Shown: positions 1-16,444, numbered from the stretch's first letter. The stretch is DNA of 64,000 nt from the human T2T-CHM13v2.0 reference genome, Homo sapiens (GCF_009914755.1 NC_060942.1); one strand, 5' to 3'. Notes: generated by a model from the sequence alone, not told the origin. A program made the numbers and translations.

Positions 1-1285
1 AACCAATTTTGAACAAAAAGAACAAAGCTGGTGCCATCACACTACCTGAAATCAAAATATATTCAGAGATACAGTAACCAAAATAGCATGGTGCTTTTGT
101 AAAAAGCAGACACATAGGCCGATGGAACAGAATAGAGAACCCAGAAATAAATCTACATACATTCAACTGATTTTCAGCAGAAATGTCAGAAACGTACATT
201 GGAGAATGGACAGCCACTTCAATAAATGGAGCTGGGAAAACTGGATATGCAGAAAAAATGAAATGAAACCTCTGTCTCTCTCTCACCATATACAAAAATC
301 TACTTAAAATGGACTAAAGACTTTAATGTATGATCCAAAACTATAAATCTACTAGAAGAAAATATAGAGGAAATGCTTTAGGACCTTGGGCTAGGCAAAT
401 ATTTTTATGGATAAGACTTTAAAAGCACAGGCACCAAAAGCAAAATTAGGCAAATGAGATTATATCAAACTAAAAAGCTTCTGCACAGCCAAAGAAACAG
501 TCAACAGAGTGAAGAGTCCATCTGCAAAATGAGAGAAAATATTTGCAAAATATTCATTTGACAAGGGATTAATATCTGGAATGTACGAGGAACTCAAAGA
601 ACTGAAAACCAAACAAACCCAAATAATCTTCCTAAAAAATGGGCAAATGAACTGAATAGACATTTTGCAAAAGAAGAAATACAAATGGCCAACATGTATA
701 TGAAAACATGTTCAACATCACTAATCATCAGATAAATGCTAATCAAAACCACAGTGATGTCATCTCACCTCAGAATGGCTATTATCAAAAAGACAAAAAA
801 TAACAAATGCTGGCAAGGATACAGAGAAAGGGGAACTCCCATACGCTGTTGGTGGAAATGTAAATTAATACAGACATTATGGAAAATAGTATGGAGGTTC
901 CTCAGAAAACTATTATAGAAGTAGAACTATCCTCTAATCCCACAATCCCACTACTGGTTATGCATCATCCAAAGGTAAAGAAATCAGTATATCCAAGAGA
1001 TGTATGCACCCCTGTGTTTATCACAGCAGTATTCACAATAGGGAAGATATACAACCAGCCTAAGCATTCATCAACAGATAAATGGATAAAGAAAATGTGG
1101 TATAGATACACAATTGAATACTACTTAGCCATAAAAAAGAATGAAATTCTGTCATTCGTTATAACGTGAATGAGCCTGGAGGACATTGTGTTATGTAAAA
1201 TAAGTCATGCAAAGGAAGACAAATACTGCATGTCCTTATTCATATGTGGACACTAAAAAAGTTGTGTTTGTAGAAATAGAGAATA
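1..1285 (+). mobile_element. L1 (old L1M/L1MA-type) ORF2 C-terminal region and part of 3' UTR, degenerate
   Basis: ORF fragments 122-307, 736-918 and 879-1169 translate to L1 ORF2 C-terminal motifs (NKWSWENW, NNKCWQG, CTPVFITAVFTI, WIKKMWYRYTIEYYLAIKKNE); multiple stops and frameshifts. Confidence 0.9.
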
Positions 1286-1435
1286 GCATACTGTGTGTGT
1301 ATATATATTTTATATATATAATAATGTGTGTGTATATTTTATATATATTATATATAAAATATATATACAATATATATACAGTGTGTGTGCATATATTGTA
1401 TATAATATATACACATACAGAGTATGCTACTCTAT
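1276..1435. repeat. AT-rich (TA/TG) imperfect palindrome
   Basis: Left arm ATAGAGAATAGCATACTGTGTGTGTATATA is a near reverse complement of right arm TATATACACATACAGAGTATGCTACTCTAT; TA-rich core. Confidence 0.75.
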
Positions 1436-1440
1436 ATAGA

Positions 1441-1738
1441 TTTTGTTGTTGTTTTTTTGAGACAGGATCTCACTCTGTCACCCAGGCTGGAGTGCAGTGG
1501 CATGATCTCGTCTCACTGAAGCCTCAACCTCCCAGGCTCAAGTGATTCTCCTACCTCAGCCTCCCCAGTAGCTGGTACCACAGATGCACACCACCATGCC
1601 TGGCTAATTTTTTATTTTTGTAGAGACAGGGTTTCCCTATGTTGCCCAGGCTGGTCACGAACTGCTGGGCTCAAGCGATCTGCCTGCCTTGCCCTCCCAA
1701 AGTGGTGGGATTACAGGCGTGAGCCACTGCATCCAACC
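1441..1738 (-). mobile_element. Alu (AluJ-like)
   Basis: T-rich tail followed by reverse-complement Alu dimer. Confidence 0.9.
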
Positions 1739-1917
1739 TAAAAATAAATATATATATTTTAAAATACATATAATAAAATTGGAAAATAAGAAAATAGATA
1801 TGATACATAGGCAAGACCAGGAAGAAGGCTGATGTAAAGCTATTTCAAGCCACAGTTACATACAGTTATATACAGCCACAGAATTATTTATAGTATATGA
1901 AGTTGCCTAAAAATTTA

Positions 1918-2061
<144 letters not shown>

Positions 2062-2775
2062 TTAGTCCTTAGCTTTCTGTCAGGAATGCTTCTTTGCACG
2101 ACTTTTGGGGCACGAGTCTCAGTGTGAATTCTACTCCTTAGAGCACAAATTCCAGGAAGTTCCCTACCACTAAAGTAGAAATACATACAATTGGTTTCCA
2201 GTGACCCATTGTCTGTGAGGAAACAGCATGCTCTTCTTCAGGATAAACAAAGGTTTTCTTGTTTTGGGAATGAAAGAAATGTTTTACTTGGGTTTTTAAT
2301 TAGAGATAACCTAGTATATAGTGAACAGAATGTCCTTGATAAAAATAGTGTCAAGTAAGAATACTTGATAATAATAGTAACATTTATAGCGTCCCTCAAG
2401 GTAAGCCGAGGACATGTTTCCAAAGCACAGCTTATTGAAATCAACTTTACTAAGAACCAAAATGCATGAAACAGGTCTCTGCTATATTAGAAATTACAGT
2501 CTAGTGATGTTACCAAACGTATACAAAGCAACAAGAAAGTGATTTTAAGACTATATGTAAATAAACTTCTGATTTTATTGTATAGACTGTATAGCATAAT
2601 TTTTTAAAATTTCATCATGAATTGAGATTGCTCCAGAAAGGGTTAGGAAAAAGATCATTAATATATGTCGAATAAGAATTAGGGAAGTGGATCATTTGGG
2701 CAGCAATGCTTTATTATTAGAATTTTTATTTTGTAACTAATAGTTTTATTCTAAAAATACGTTTTATTTTTCTAG

Positions 2776-2898
2776 AAATATACCCAAAGCAATGGACGAA
2801 GACCTTTTGGTATTTCTGCCTTAATTGTAGGTTTTGATGATGATGGTATCTCAAGATTGTATCAGACAGATCCTTCTGGTACTTATCATGCTTGGAAG
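2776..2898 (+). CDS. PSMA8: Proteasome subunit alpha-type 8 (alpha4s), internal coding exon (probably exon 4)
   Basis: tttttctag|AAATAT...TGGAAG|gtgagt; 123 nt, phase 0; [41 protein letters not shown] contains the proteasome alpha RPFG and TDPSG motifs. Confidence 0.96.
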
Positions 2899-3477
2899 GT
2901 GAGTCATGAATTTATTAATACTTTTTTAGAAGTTTAGTAAATATTCAATGTAAATGCTTTATTGCTTTGAGAGACATGAAAAATTATGTTGCATTAAATA
3001 TTGATATTGGTAAAATGTAACTATTCAGCTCGTCAGAAACTACAATGATTTTGGTTGGATAAAGAATCACCTTAATTTTGTAAGCACAAGGTCTTTTGAA
3101 AAGATGTGACCAAAGTAAGTGTTTATAAATGGCCAAGTAAGAGAAATATCCAGTTCCTATTTATTTATTATTCCAAATTAATATTGTACTATATAGACGC
3201 TTGCTTCAAGCAGAAATAGTCCTTCTTCTTTTAACAAAGAATTAGATGGACATTTAAATTCATACTGAAATATTTAATTCATCTTCTCCATTCTAGGAGA
3301 GTCAGAGCACCCTAAACTATGAATCTATACTCATGTGCTAGTACGTAGCAATGATCTCTACATAATTCCTAGCATATAGTTTGTTTTCTGGATAAGCTGT
3401 TATTCTTGTTTTGACACCCAACTACAGTAATGACTTTGTTTAATGGTGCACTCAAATCCAATACAAAAGTATAGGGC

Positions 3478-3635
3478 TCAGCCAGGCACGGTAGTACACA
3501 CCCATGGTTCCAGATACTTGGGAGGCTGAGACAGGGGGATTGCTTGAGTCCAGAATTTTGAGGTTACAGTGAGTTATAATCATGTCTCTGCACTCCAGCC
3601 CAGGTGACAGAGCAAGACCCTGTCTGAAAAACACC
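3478..3635 (+). mobile_element. Alu right monomer / FRAM-like
   Basis: Single diverged Alu monomer. Confidence 0.75.
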
Positions 3636-4674
3636 AACCAAACAATGCCCCCCTGCCCCCCGCAAAAAACACTGCTACATGCCAGAGAAACCTAGCTTCC
3701 AGGAGTGAATTTTTATATATTCCTGTATATAAGAATAAGACTACACTACAGAATCCAATATAACTGATTTTGACTTTATTAAAAGTTAAATACCCAGATT
3801 TTAAATAGTTTTCTACAAAGTTGATTTTACTATTATTAAGAGCCAAATAAATTAATGGAGAAATATTGCCATGGTCTTTATGCTTGTGTTAAATGAAGAA
3901 TTTGATTTGCACTGACCATACTCATAAGATACTGTTTTGTAAACCGTTAACCAGGCAGTAAAGCAGTGGATTATTCTTACAACAAATATCAGAATACTTA
4001 TGTTAGTGGCACATATCTTTTTAATCTGCCTGAGTAATCTAATTAGTAATCAGAAGGTATAGATTTACATGCTGCAAATATCAGACCATTTTTTCCTGTC
4101 AACTAGAGATCTCTTACCTGTACTAGATTTCTTGTCTCCTAAATCTGTGCCCTAAACAAACCAAGTTACTACACTCAATCTTTAAATATTTTAAAGCCTG
4201 CCATCTTCTGTTTGCATTTATCATTACATCATTACCCTTTGTTTCTATATCGTAACACAACATTTTCCAGGTTTACATAATTTTTCGGTTTTAATTTGAT
4301 TGCTTCTTAGGGACGTACAGAGAAGTATTTTATTTTATCTCAGTCAGGAAAATTATGGAATTTTTTAGTTGTTGAGAATTTTGTTGATCATCTTGGTCTG
4401 AAACTCTGCTCTGCTCTGGTGTCTTCAGTTCTCATGGTGGGACAGGAGGATATAAGCACGGCGCACTCGCTTGCATACACGTGGATACCCCACTGATTAC
4501 ATTTTATGTAGTGCACTTTCTGGTGGGATTTTGGTTGAGGGAAATATTACGCAGCTTTTAAAAAAAATCATCTTTAACAAAAAACATTTGAAAACCTTTT
4601 TTATTTTATGTATTTGGCAGCTGAGATTTAGGGGTTAAGTGATTTTTGTTGCTGTTGTTAAGTTTACCTTCCCA

Positions 4675-4969
4675 ACCTGGTGTGGTAGCTCACTTCTGTA
4701 GTCCCAGCACTTTGGGCAGCCAAGGCAAAAGGATTACTTGAATGCAGGAGTTCGAGACCACCCTGGGCAATGTAATAAGACCCCACTTCTACAAAAACAA
4801 TTTAAATCTTAGCCAGGCATTGGTGGTACACACTTGTAGTCCCAGCTACTTTGGAAGCTAATGTGGAAGGATCACTTCAGCCCAAGAGTTTGAAGCTGCA
4901 GTAAGCTAGGATCATACCACTGCACTCCAACCTGAGTGACAGAGTGAGACCCTGTCTCAAAACAAAAAA
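4675..4969 (+). mobile_element. Alu (AluJ-like)
   Basis: Diverged Alu dimer with A-tail. Confidence 0.88.
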
Positions 4970-5539
4970 GTTCACATTCCTAGTTAATAGCAATACTGAA
5001 TTAGAACTCAAGATGTTCTATTTATTTCATTCTATGTTGTTTGCATTACATCATGCTACTTCCTTTAGGCCAGATTATTTTCTCTGCATGTTATATAAAT
5101 TCTAAAATCCATTCTTGGAAGGTAGAATAAAATCTTCTGACTTGATTTCTACTTCTGGGAACTATAACATTTTAGCTATGAGATCAAGTTTTTCTTTTTT
5201 TGTTTTGTTTGGATCTGTGTTTTATTTTTTATGTCTGTTTGTTTTTTACTCTGACATACTATACCAAGTAACCTGATAAATGTTGCAATGGACTATTGAG
5301 AACACAGCTATGGTACTGAGCATATTTTGCAATGCTATTTTGTAGGCTTATGAGGTATAGGTAGAGGAAAAGATAGAATGGGTAGGAGAAATAGGAAGTT
5401 ATGAACATAAACTGTCGCCACATGGCCTGTTGCAGAAATGAGAATAGAAATAGCTAATACCAGCAGTTTGGTTTTTTGAGGTTCTCTACCTGGCATGTAA
5501 CACAGATTTTATTTATGAGGACTGGGCCTTTAATGATCC

Positions 5540-6200
5540 TGCCATAATGGGTAATAGTGCCTTCCATTAAGTTATTTCATTTTACAGGGGAATGCTAAGA
5601 GAAGCCTCCAGAAAATACTTTGAATTTTAGATACCTCCTCCCTGGTCCTATTGTATAATGGTAACTTTATTCCCATTGATGATGAAAACAAATCATACTG
5701 TCATTACAGTAACCCCTTATTTGCCTGTTGGTTCAATAACATGAGGAGTCCAAAATGGCCAAGTGGCAATCTCAGCTTGTAGTTCCGTGAAATTATTATG
5801 TCCCCTGATAGAAACATCCTCCCCACTTATCTCCCCTTCTTTTTCTTGGGAACTAGAACCTTTAAACTAGCAGAACCAAGTGGGGACAAGAGACAAAGAT
5901 TTACAAGTGGGCCATTAAGGATATTCATGAGACACATCTATTCCTTAGTTCCTAGATTTGTAGGCATGTGAAAAATGAATTACTAGTTTATGGCTCAGGG
6001 TACATACAGGATCTTATAGAACAGAACCCTATCCCTGTAAGATGTCACACAGCTACTGCTATTACTGAGTCTTCATAGCCTGTTCTAGAATTACTATCAG
6101 GCTGGCTAATTCAAGGTGATGAGAGAACATAGTAAAACCAATGAATCTCATGAACATAAGCCAATTCCCCTACTTCCTCACAATCAGTTCCTTGCTCAGA
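5540..6200 (-). mobile_element. ERVL-class internal remnant (integrase C-terminus plus dUTPase region), highly decayed
   Basis: Reverse strand reads as degenerate ERVL pol motifs (...HEIHWFYYVL.HH...) followed by the dUTPase motif KLRLPLGHFGLLMLLNQQANKGVTV. Confidence 0.65.
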
Positions 6201-6248
6201 GGCTATGTTTTCTAGAATACTATGATGGTGAAGAAAGCTATTCAGGTC

Positions 6249-6405
6249 AGCTAAAGTGGTGCATGGCAGTAGTCCTAGCTACTTGAGAAGCTGAGGCAGG
6301 AGAATGGCTTGAGCCCAGGAGTTCCAGGCTGTAGTGCACTATGATCATGCCTGCAAATAGCCACTGCACTGCAGCCTGGACAACATAGACTGTTTCTAAA
6401 AAAAA
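6249..6405 (+). mobile_element. FAM (fossil Alu monomer, 7SL-derived)
   Basis: Monomer retaining the FAM-type segment CTATGATCATGCCTGCAAATAGCCACTGCAC. Confidence 0.75.
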
Positions 6406-6679
6406 TGCAAGGAAGTATTCAGTTAAGTCCATAGGTGGGAGAGCTGACAGAAGCAGTTGGCACAAGTAGGGGAAACTTATATCCTGGGTGAGTTTCTCTT
6501 CCATTGAGGGCAAGCTGCTGCCCTTTCCATGGCAGAAAAGTCCAACAAACTCAGTCAGCCATGTTGTCAGGTTGCCATGAAGCTCTGCCAGTATCCAGAT
6601 TAAAAAAACAGGGGTACAGTAAGGAAACACTCATTTTTAGATTTTTTTCTTTATACATTTTTGTACTGAAGAAGATATT

Positions 6680-7092
6680 TAGAAAATTTTTGACAGATGA
6701 AAAAATTCTATATATTTATGGTTGTAAATGTGATGCTTCAATGTGTGTGTACATTGTGGCATGATTTAAATCAAGCTAATTAATATACCCATCATCTCAC
6801 ATACTTATTTTTGTGATGAGAACATTTAAAATCTACTCTCTTTAAGCAATTTTCAATATACAGTACGTTATTAATAACTGTAGTCACCATGCTGTACAGT
6901 AGATCTCCAGAATTTATTTCTCCTGACTGAAACTTTGTACCCTTGAACTAACAACTTTCCATCCCCTTTCCCTCCTCTGCCCTCCCCTGTTAACCACCAT
7001 TCTATTCTCTGCTTCTATGAGTTCATTTTTTTTTTTTAGGTTCCACATATAAGTGAGATCATAAAGTATTTGTCTTTCTGTACTTGGCTTAA
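6680..7092 (-). mobile_element. L1M 3' UTR fragment
   Basis: Typical reverse-complement L1MA/MB 3' end (gtcaccatgctgtacagtagatctccagaa; ttccacatataagtgagatcat). Confidence 0.8.
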
Positions 7093-7236
7093 AAGAAAAT
7101 TTTTTAGTGGAGTAACAGGTTCTGGCATTTGGCCAATTACATTAAATTAACTAAAAACTCTCCTTCTATAAACATCTGCAGGGCTAGAATGATTATTAAC
7201 ATTTTTAATGCATAGCTAAATACAAAAATAAAATCC

Positions 7237-7546
<310 letters not shown>

Positions 7547-7689
7547 CTAAAGGTCCAGAAATAAGGAATTGAATACCAGAATAATAAGCATGTGAGTTGA
7601 TAACTGTACTTAGGGATGTTATAGTGCAGGATTCCCAAAGATTATTCACCATCAAAAGTATAAAATATATAAACAGCCCATCATTTAAC

Positions 7690-8989
<1,300 letters not shown>

Positions 8990-9059
8990 TCAAGTGAAAG
9001 ATGGCTGGGAAAAGGATATTCACGTGGTGCCACATATTACTTGTTAATCACAAAGTTGT

Positions 9060-10100
<1,041 letters not shown>

Positions 10101-10452
10101 TTGAAGAAAAGGAAATAGGAAGTAAAGATATTGCTTTTAAGAAATTTGGCTATAAACAGGAGCAGACAAACGAACAGTAGCTAGAGGAGAATATAGGTTC
10201 AAGGGAATTTTCCCCCCCCAAGATTGGCAACGCTATAGGATTCCATCATTCAACAACAGTATTAAGCTCTTACTATGTACTAGGTACTCTTCTGGACACT
10301 GGGGATAGCAGTGATAAAAAAAAAAATCTCTACCTTTTAGAGATTAGAGAAAGATAAGCAAAACATATGGTCTTTAGATGGAATTAGAATCTACCCAGAT
10401 GATTCATTTGACCTGCCAGATTTGCTACTCATTGTTTAAATTTGAAAAACTA

Positions 10453-10849
<397 letters not shown>

Positions 10850-10877
10850 TTAAAGGATTTGGCCAAATATGATATAC

Positions 10878-12123
10878 AGTAAAAAGTGGCAGATTTCAAA
10901 ATGTGATCTGCAAATCCCTGACCCATTAGGTAAAAACTATTTTCCTAATAATACTGAGACAATATTTCCCATTTTCACTGCATGGACACATACACTGATG
11001 GCATAGAAGTGATCATGGATAAAATTGCTGGTATCTTGGTACACAACTGTGTTAGCTCTCATTTTTTTCTTTACCACCATACATTTGCAATTAAAAACTC
11101 AATAAATTTGACTTTAACATGAGTTCTTTTTGATGAAACCATAAAGATTGTTAGTTTTATTAAATCTTGACTCAGGTATACATCTTTTTAACATTCTGTG
11201 TGATGAAATGGAAGTACTCATAAACATGTTTGCTGCAGGTATGGTGAATGTCTTGAGGAAAAGCAGTTTTGTGATTGTTTGAATTGCAAGCTAAAACAGC
11301 CCATCTTTTACGGAACTTCATTTTTACTTGACAAAACAATAAATAACCATGGTTATTAGGACTTGGAGATTTGGCAGGACATATTCTCAAGGATGAGCAA
11401 ACTGAGCCTGTTACTTTAAGGAAACAACTGACAGTTGTTTCCAATGATTTGTTGCCAGTGATAAAATTCAAGTTTTCAAGCAAAAATTATAATTTTGGAA
11501 AACATGTATTTGCCACAATGAGCCTGACAGTTTCTTTGCGAAAAATTAATAAGCATGATTATTTAATGTTTTAGAAATCACATGGGTCAACATTTAGAAG
11601 ATCTGCATAATTCAGTAAACCAGTTTTCCAAATGAGCAAGCATGACATTACAAAATCTTGCAAAATAAAATACCTATTCAAAGCAAACATTGTGTAGGTT
11701 TTACCAATCCCTATTGACTATTAGAAATTAAAACTGAGAAATTTTAAAATATTAATGTATAAAAAGCCAAGAGACTAATATAACAGTAAAAAAGTTTATG
11801 TGGTTGCAGATTTTAATTTGCAATTAACTACCACCTGTTGAGTGGAATAGCCACACTTTTCTGAGAAGGGCATTAAAATATTCCTCCCTTTTCTAACTAC
11901 ATGTTTGTGTAAGGTTATACTTCAGCCATAATAACATATTGCAATATGTTGAATGCAAAACAGATAAAAGAATTCAGCTTTCTCTTGTGAAGCCAGAGAG
12001 TAAATATATTTGCAAGACAAATATATTGTAGACAGGAAGTATATTTGTACCACTCTTCTCAAAAAAATAGTTTTTCTTTTAGAAAATATAATTATTTCAT
12101 AAAAACATGTTTATATTAACATG
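10878..12123 (+). mobile_element. Charlie1-type hAT DNA transposon remnant (resumes at 16035-16090)
   Basis: Degenerate hAT transposase-like sequence (ttctgtgtgatgaaatgg...gtttgaattgcaagct...ttggcaggacatattc); homologous to the second copy at 54010-58715. Confidence 0.75.
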
Positions 12124-12520
12124 TGTTATAGATGGAATTGGGTCCCCCAAAATGCATACATTGAACCCCTAACCCCCAAAAATAGGGCCTGTAGGGAGAT
12201 AATTAAAGTTAAATGAGGTCGTAAGGATAGGACCCTAATTCCATAGGATCGATGTCCTTATAAAAAGAGACAGAGACACCAGAGAGCTCTCTCTTTTGCA
12301 TGAACATGTATGTGTGCACACAAGAAGAAAGGCCTTGTGAGGACACAATGAGAAAGCAGCCATCTGCAAGCCAGGAAGAGAGCCCTCACCACAAACCAAA
12401 ATTGCTAGCACCTTGAGCTTGGACTTTAGCCTCTAGAACTTTGAGAAAATAAATTTCTGTGGTTTATGCCACCTGGTCTGTGGTATTTTTTTTTTTTTTT
12501 TTTATTAACAAGTGTAACTC

Positions 12521-12526
12521 TTTATT
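12521..12526 (-). terminator. Polyadenylation signal AATAAA of the retrocopied DHFR mRNA
   Basis: 17 nt upstream of the poly-A tract on the - strand. Confidence 0.85.
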
Positions 12527-13211
12527 AAGATGGAATTGTTCTTATTAAAGAAATAGATGAAAATGGTTAAGTACAATTAAATGGCTCCAAAAGTCTTACA
12601 ATGAAAACAACAGTCCTGCCAGTTGTTCTTTCCAGAGGCAAATACTTTTCATTCTCTTAGTTTTTCCTTCCGTTAGTTACCTTCATGGGTTTTTCCAAAT
12701 TATTGTTTTTTTTTAGTTTTTCAAGTGAATGCATATATTAATACATAAAATTTTAAAAAGGCTTTTCAGTTTATAATGCATCCTAACAGTCCCCTGCCCC
12801 ATCCCTCCTAATTCTCCAGAGCAATGACTTTTAACTCTTTTAGCAATGTCTTCTGTTTTTTTCCTCACATAACTTAGTCATTTCATTATTATGTATTATA
12901 TAGTGATTTCTGGATATGACAGATGAGGATTTAGCTCTTACACCATCACAATCTTCACTTTTCCTCCCATATTGTCCCAGAGTAGTTACCATATTTAGGG
13001 GCTAAGCAGTCACATCATTATGACTGTGTACATACTGCTCCTTGTTGAGAAAAACAGTGTATTATGCTCTTCCTATCCTGTACTTCTTTCTGCCCTAGAA
13101 TGATTGCCTAACCAACCCTTTCCCCTTGTTTTTTTTTTTTTTTTTTTTTTACTTTTGCTTTATCTTCAATGAACTTCTTTCCAAATGCCCCAAATCTGGC
13201 AATAAGTTATT

Positions 13212-14497
13212 ATTTTTAAGAGAAGGGATCTCACTAAGGTGGCCAGGCTGGTCTGGAACTCTTGGGCTCAAGTCGTCCTGCTGCTGAGCCTCCCGAGTAG
13301 CTGGGACTACAGGCATGGGCCATTCCACCCAGCTAACCGATTAATATTTTTACTGTTCCTTTTTAAAGCTAGCTCCATAGCTGGAATATTGCCTGTGTTG
13401 GATCCTATTTGCTGGATTCATGTCATTCTCTGGTTTGTGTACTCCTTCATTTTGCTGGAGTATTTTCTCCAACAGCTTCCCTAAAAAGGGCACATGGAGG
13501 TAACCCCTGAGTCTTTGCTTGTCTAAAAATGTATTATTTTACCTTCACCCTTGATTATTTGGGTGAATATAGATTTATCAGTTGAAAATAACTTTCTAGA
13601 ATTATGAAGGCATGGTTCCATTGTTTTCAGATTCCTTTTCGAGACAAGGTCTCTTCTGTCACCCCGGCTGGAGTGCAGTGGCACAATCACGACTCACTGC
13701 AGCCTTGAACTCGTGGGCTCAATTAATTCTTCCATCTCAGCTTCCTGAGTAGATGGGAATACAGGTGTGCGCCACAATGCCCAGCTAATTTCTGTGTTTT
13801 TTGTAGAGATGGGGCTTCGCCATGTTGCCCAAGCTGGTCTCAAGTGATCTGCCTGCCTTAGCCTCCCAAAGCGCTGGGATTACAGGCGTGAGCCACTGTG
13901 CCTGGCTAGTTTTTCTTTTATTTTCTCTCTACTTCATTCATTTCTCAAAGGCATCTGAAACTCCGTGGGCCCAAAACCAAAGTCAAACTCCATCAGAATA
14001 TCCTGCTACTTATAACTTTAAAATATATCTTAAATCACAATTTCTTACTACATGCAACCCTTTGGTTCAAGCAACCATCATCCCTCACTTGAACTTATAA
14101 TTGGTTTTCCTGCTTCTGTATTTTTTTAAATTGTAAAATACTTCAAATAAACCATGTGTGGCCTTATACTTTTTACTACATAAAAAGAATGAAGATGTGC
14201 CGGGTGTGGTGGCTCAAGCCGGTAATCCCAGCACTTTGGGAGGCTGAGGTGGGTGAATCGCTTGCGGTCACGAGTTCGAGACTAGCCTGACCAACATGGC
14301 GAAACCCCATCTCTACCAAAAATACAAAATACAAAAATTAGCCGGGCGTGGTGGCGCGCACCCGGTCCCAGCTACTTGGGAGCCTGAGGCAGGAGAATCG
14401 CTTGAATCTGGGAAGGCGGAGGTTGCAGTAAGCCGAGGTCACACCATTGCATGCTAGCCTGGGCAACAAGAGCGAAACGCTGTCTAAAAAAAAAAGA
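13212..14497. mobile_element. Alu sequences inside the DHFR 3' UTR copy: monomer ~13212-13337 (-), AluJ ~13634-13906 (-), AluS ~14198-14497 (+)
   Basis: Alu consensus matches; the last two are inverted with ~290 bp spacer. Confidence 0.85.
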
Positions 14498-15362
14498 ACT
14501 TACATACTTAAACATCGAATTGCTTTAAGTGTTTGGCATTCACTGTTCCCGTGCATGCCAGCAGCTTCTTACTGCAAACACCTGAGACTTGCTATAGAGC
14601 AGCTGGACTATGTTCCGCCCACACACAGGACAGGGAGCTGACAACCAAGGAGGGGGGCGGGATCAATACTCCAGCTTTCCCCCCTCCATTTCCCTGTATC
14701 TCAGCAGTATGGAGCTTGTTATCAATGAGAACCTGCTCGCTGACTTTAAATTGCTTTTCTTACCTTCTCAGTTCAGTTTCTCCGTACCTCAATTGATGAT
14801 TTCTGGTATGACCTAGCAAATACACTGCTTTCACTGAAATTTCAGTCTTGCAATCTGCTTTGGGTTCCCCAATCTAAGACAGAAACATACTCATTTTCCC
14901 ATCACTGGACTTCCAGGTTGTTTTCAATTTTCCACTGTTACAAACAAGGTGGCAACATTTATCTACAAACCTCTGGATATACACGTAGGAATCTTTTGGT
15001 ATTTCCACTAGTGAAACTGCTCAGTTGAAGGGTATGTGGATCTTCATCTTTAATAAATATTACCAACATGTGAAAAGCCCGACAATGTCAAGGACTGGCA
15101 AGAGTGCCACATGTGATGGGTGTGGAATGGCAGCTCACTATAGCAGGTGCTGGGGACTCAGTTGGGGTCTTGGAGAAGCACTTAGTTATAGCAAGAATGT
15201 CTCATAAATGGTATCTGATAGAGACAAGAGTAGTGGGGAATAAAAACTAGTTGCTTAGAAATAATTATAGATCTAAAGTCAACAAAAAACCTTTTCTAAT
15301 GTAAAAATACATACTTTTTTCAGAGGGAGGGGGAACAACTTAAACTAGAAAACACCTTCATA

Positions 15363-15926
15363 TTAATCATTCTTCTCATATACTTCAAATTTGTACTTAA
15401 TGCCTTTCTCCTCCTGGACATCAGAGAGAACACCTGGGTATTCTGGCAGAAGTTTATATTTCTCCAAATCAATTTCTGGAAAAAACGTGTCACTTTCAAA
15501 GTCTTGCATGATCCTTGTCACAAATAGTTTAAGATGGCCTGGGTGATTCATGGCTTCCTTATAAACAGAACTGCCACCAACTATCCAGACCATGTCTACT
15601 TTATTTGCTAATTCTGGTTGTTCAGTAAGTTTTAAGGCATCATCTAGACTTCTGGAAAGAAAATGAGCTCCTTGTGGAGGTTCCTTGAGTTCTCTGCTGA
15701 GAACTAAATTAATTCTACCCTTTAAAGGTCGATTCTTCTCAGGAATGGAGAACCAGGTCTTCTTACCCATAATCACCAGATTCTGTTTACCTTCTACTGA
15801 AGAGGTTGTGGTCATTCTCTGGAAATATCTGAATTCATTCCTGAGCGGTGGCCAGGGCAGGTCCCCGTTCTTGCCGATGCCCATGTTCTGGGACACAGCG
15901 ACGATGCAGTTTAGCGAACCAACCAT
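15363..15926 (-). CDS. DHFRP1: Intact 187-aa dihydrofolate reductase ORF within the retrocopy (expression unproven)
   Basis: ATG at 15926 in GCTGTCATGG context; [32 protein letters not shown]...[13 protein letters not shown] matches human DHFR as recalled; no stops or frameshifts. Confidence 0.8.
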
Positions 15927-15979
15927 GACAGCAGCGGGAGGACCTCCGAGCCCGCTCGTTACAGCAGAACGCGCGGTCA

Positions 15980-16444
<465 letters not shown>

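Noticed and set aside
6249-6405. 7SL RNA gene
   Set aside because: Lacks the central S domain; fits a degenerate FAM monomer
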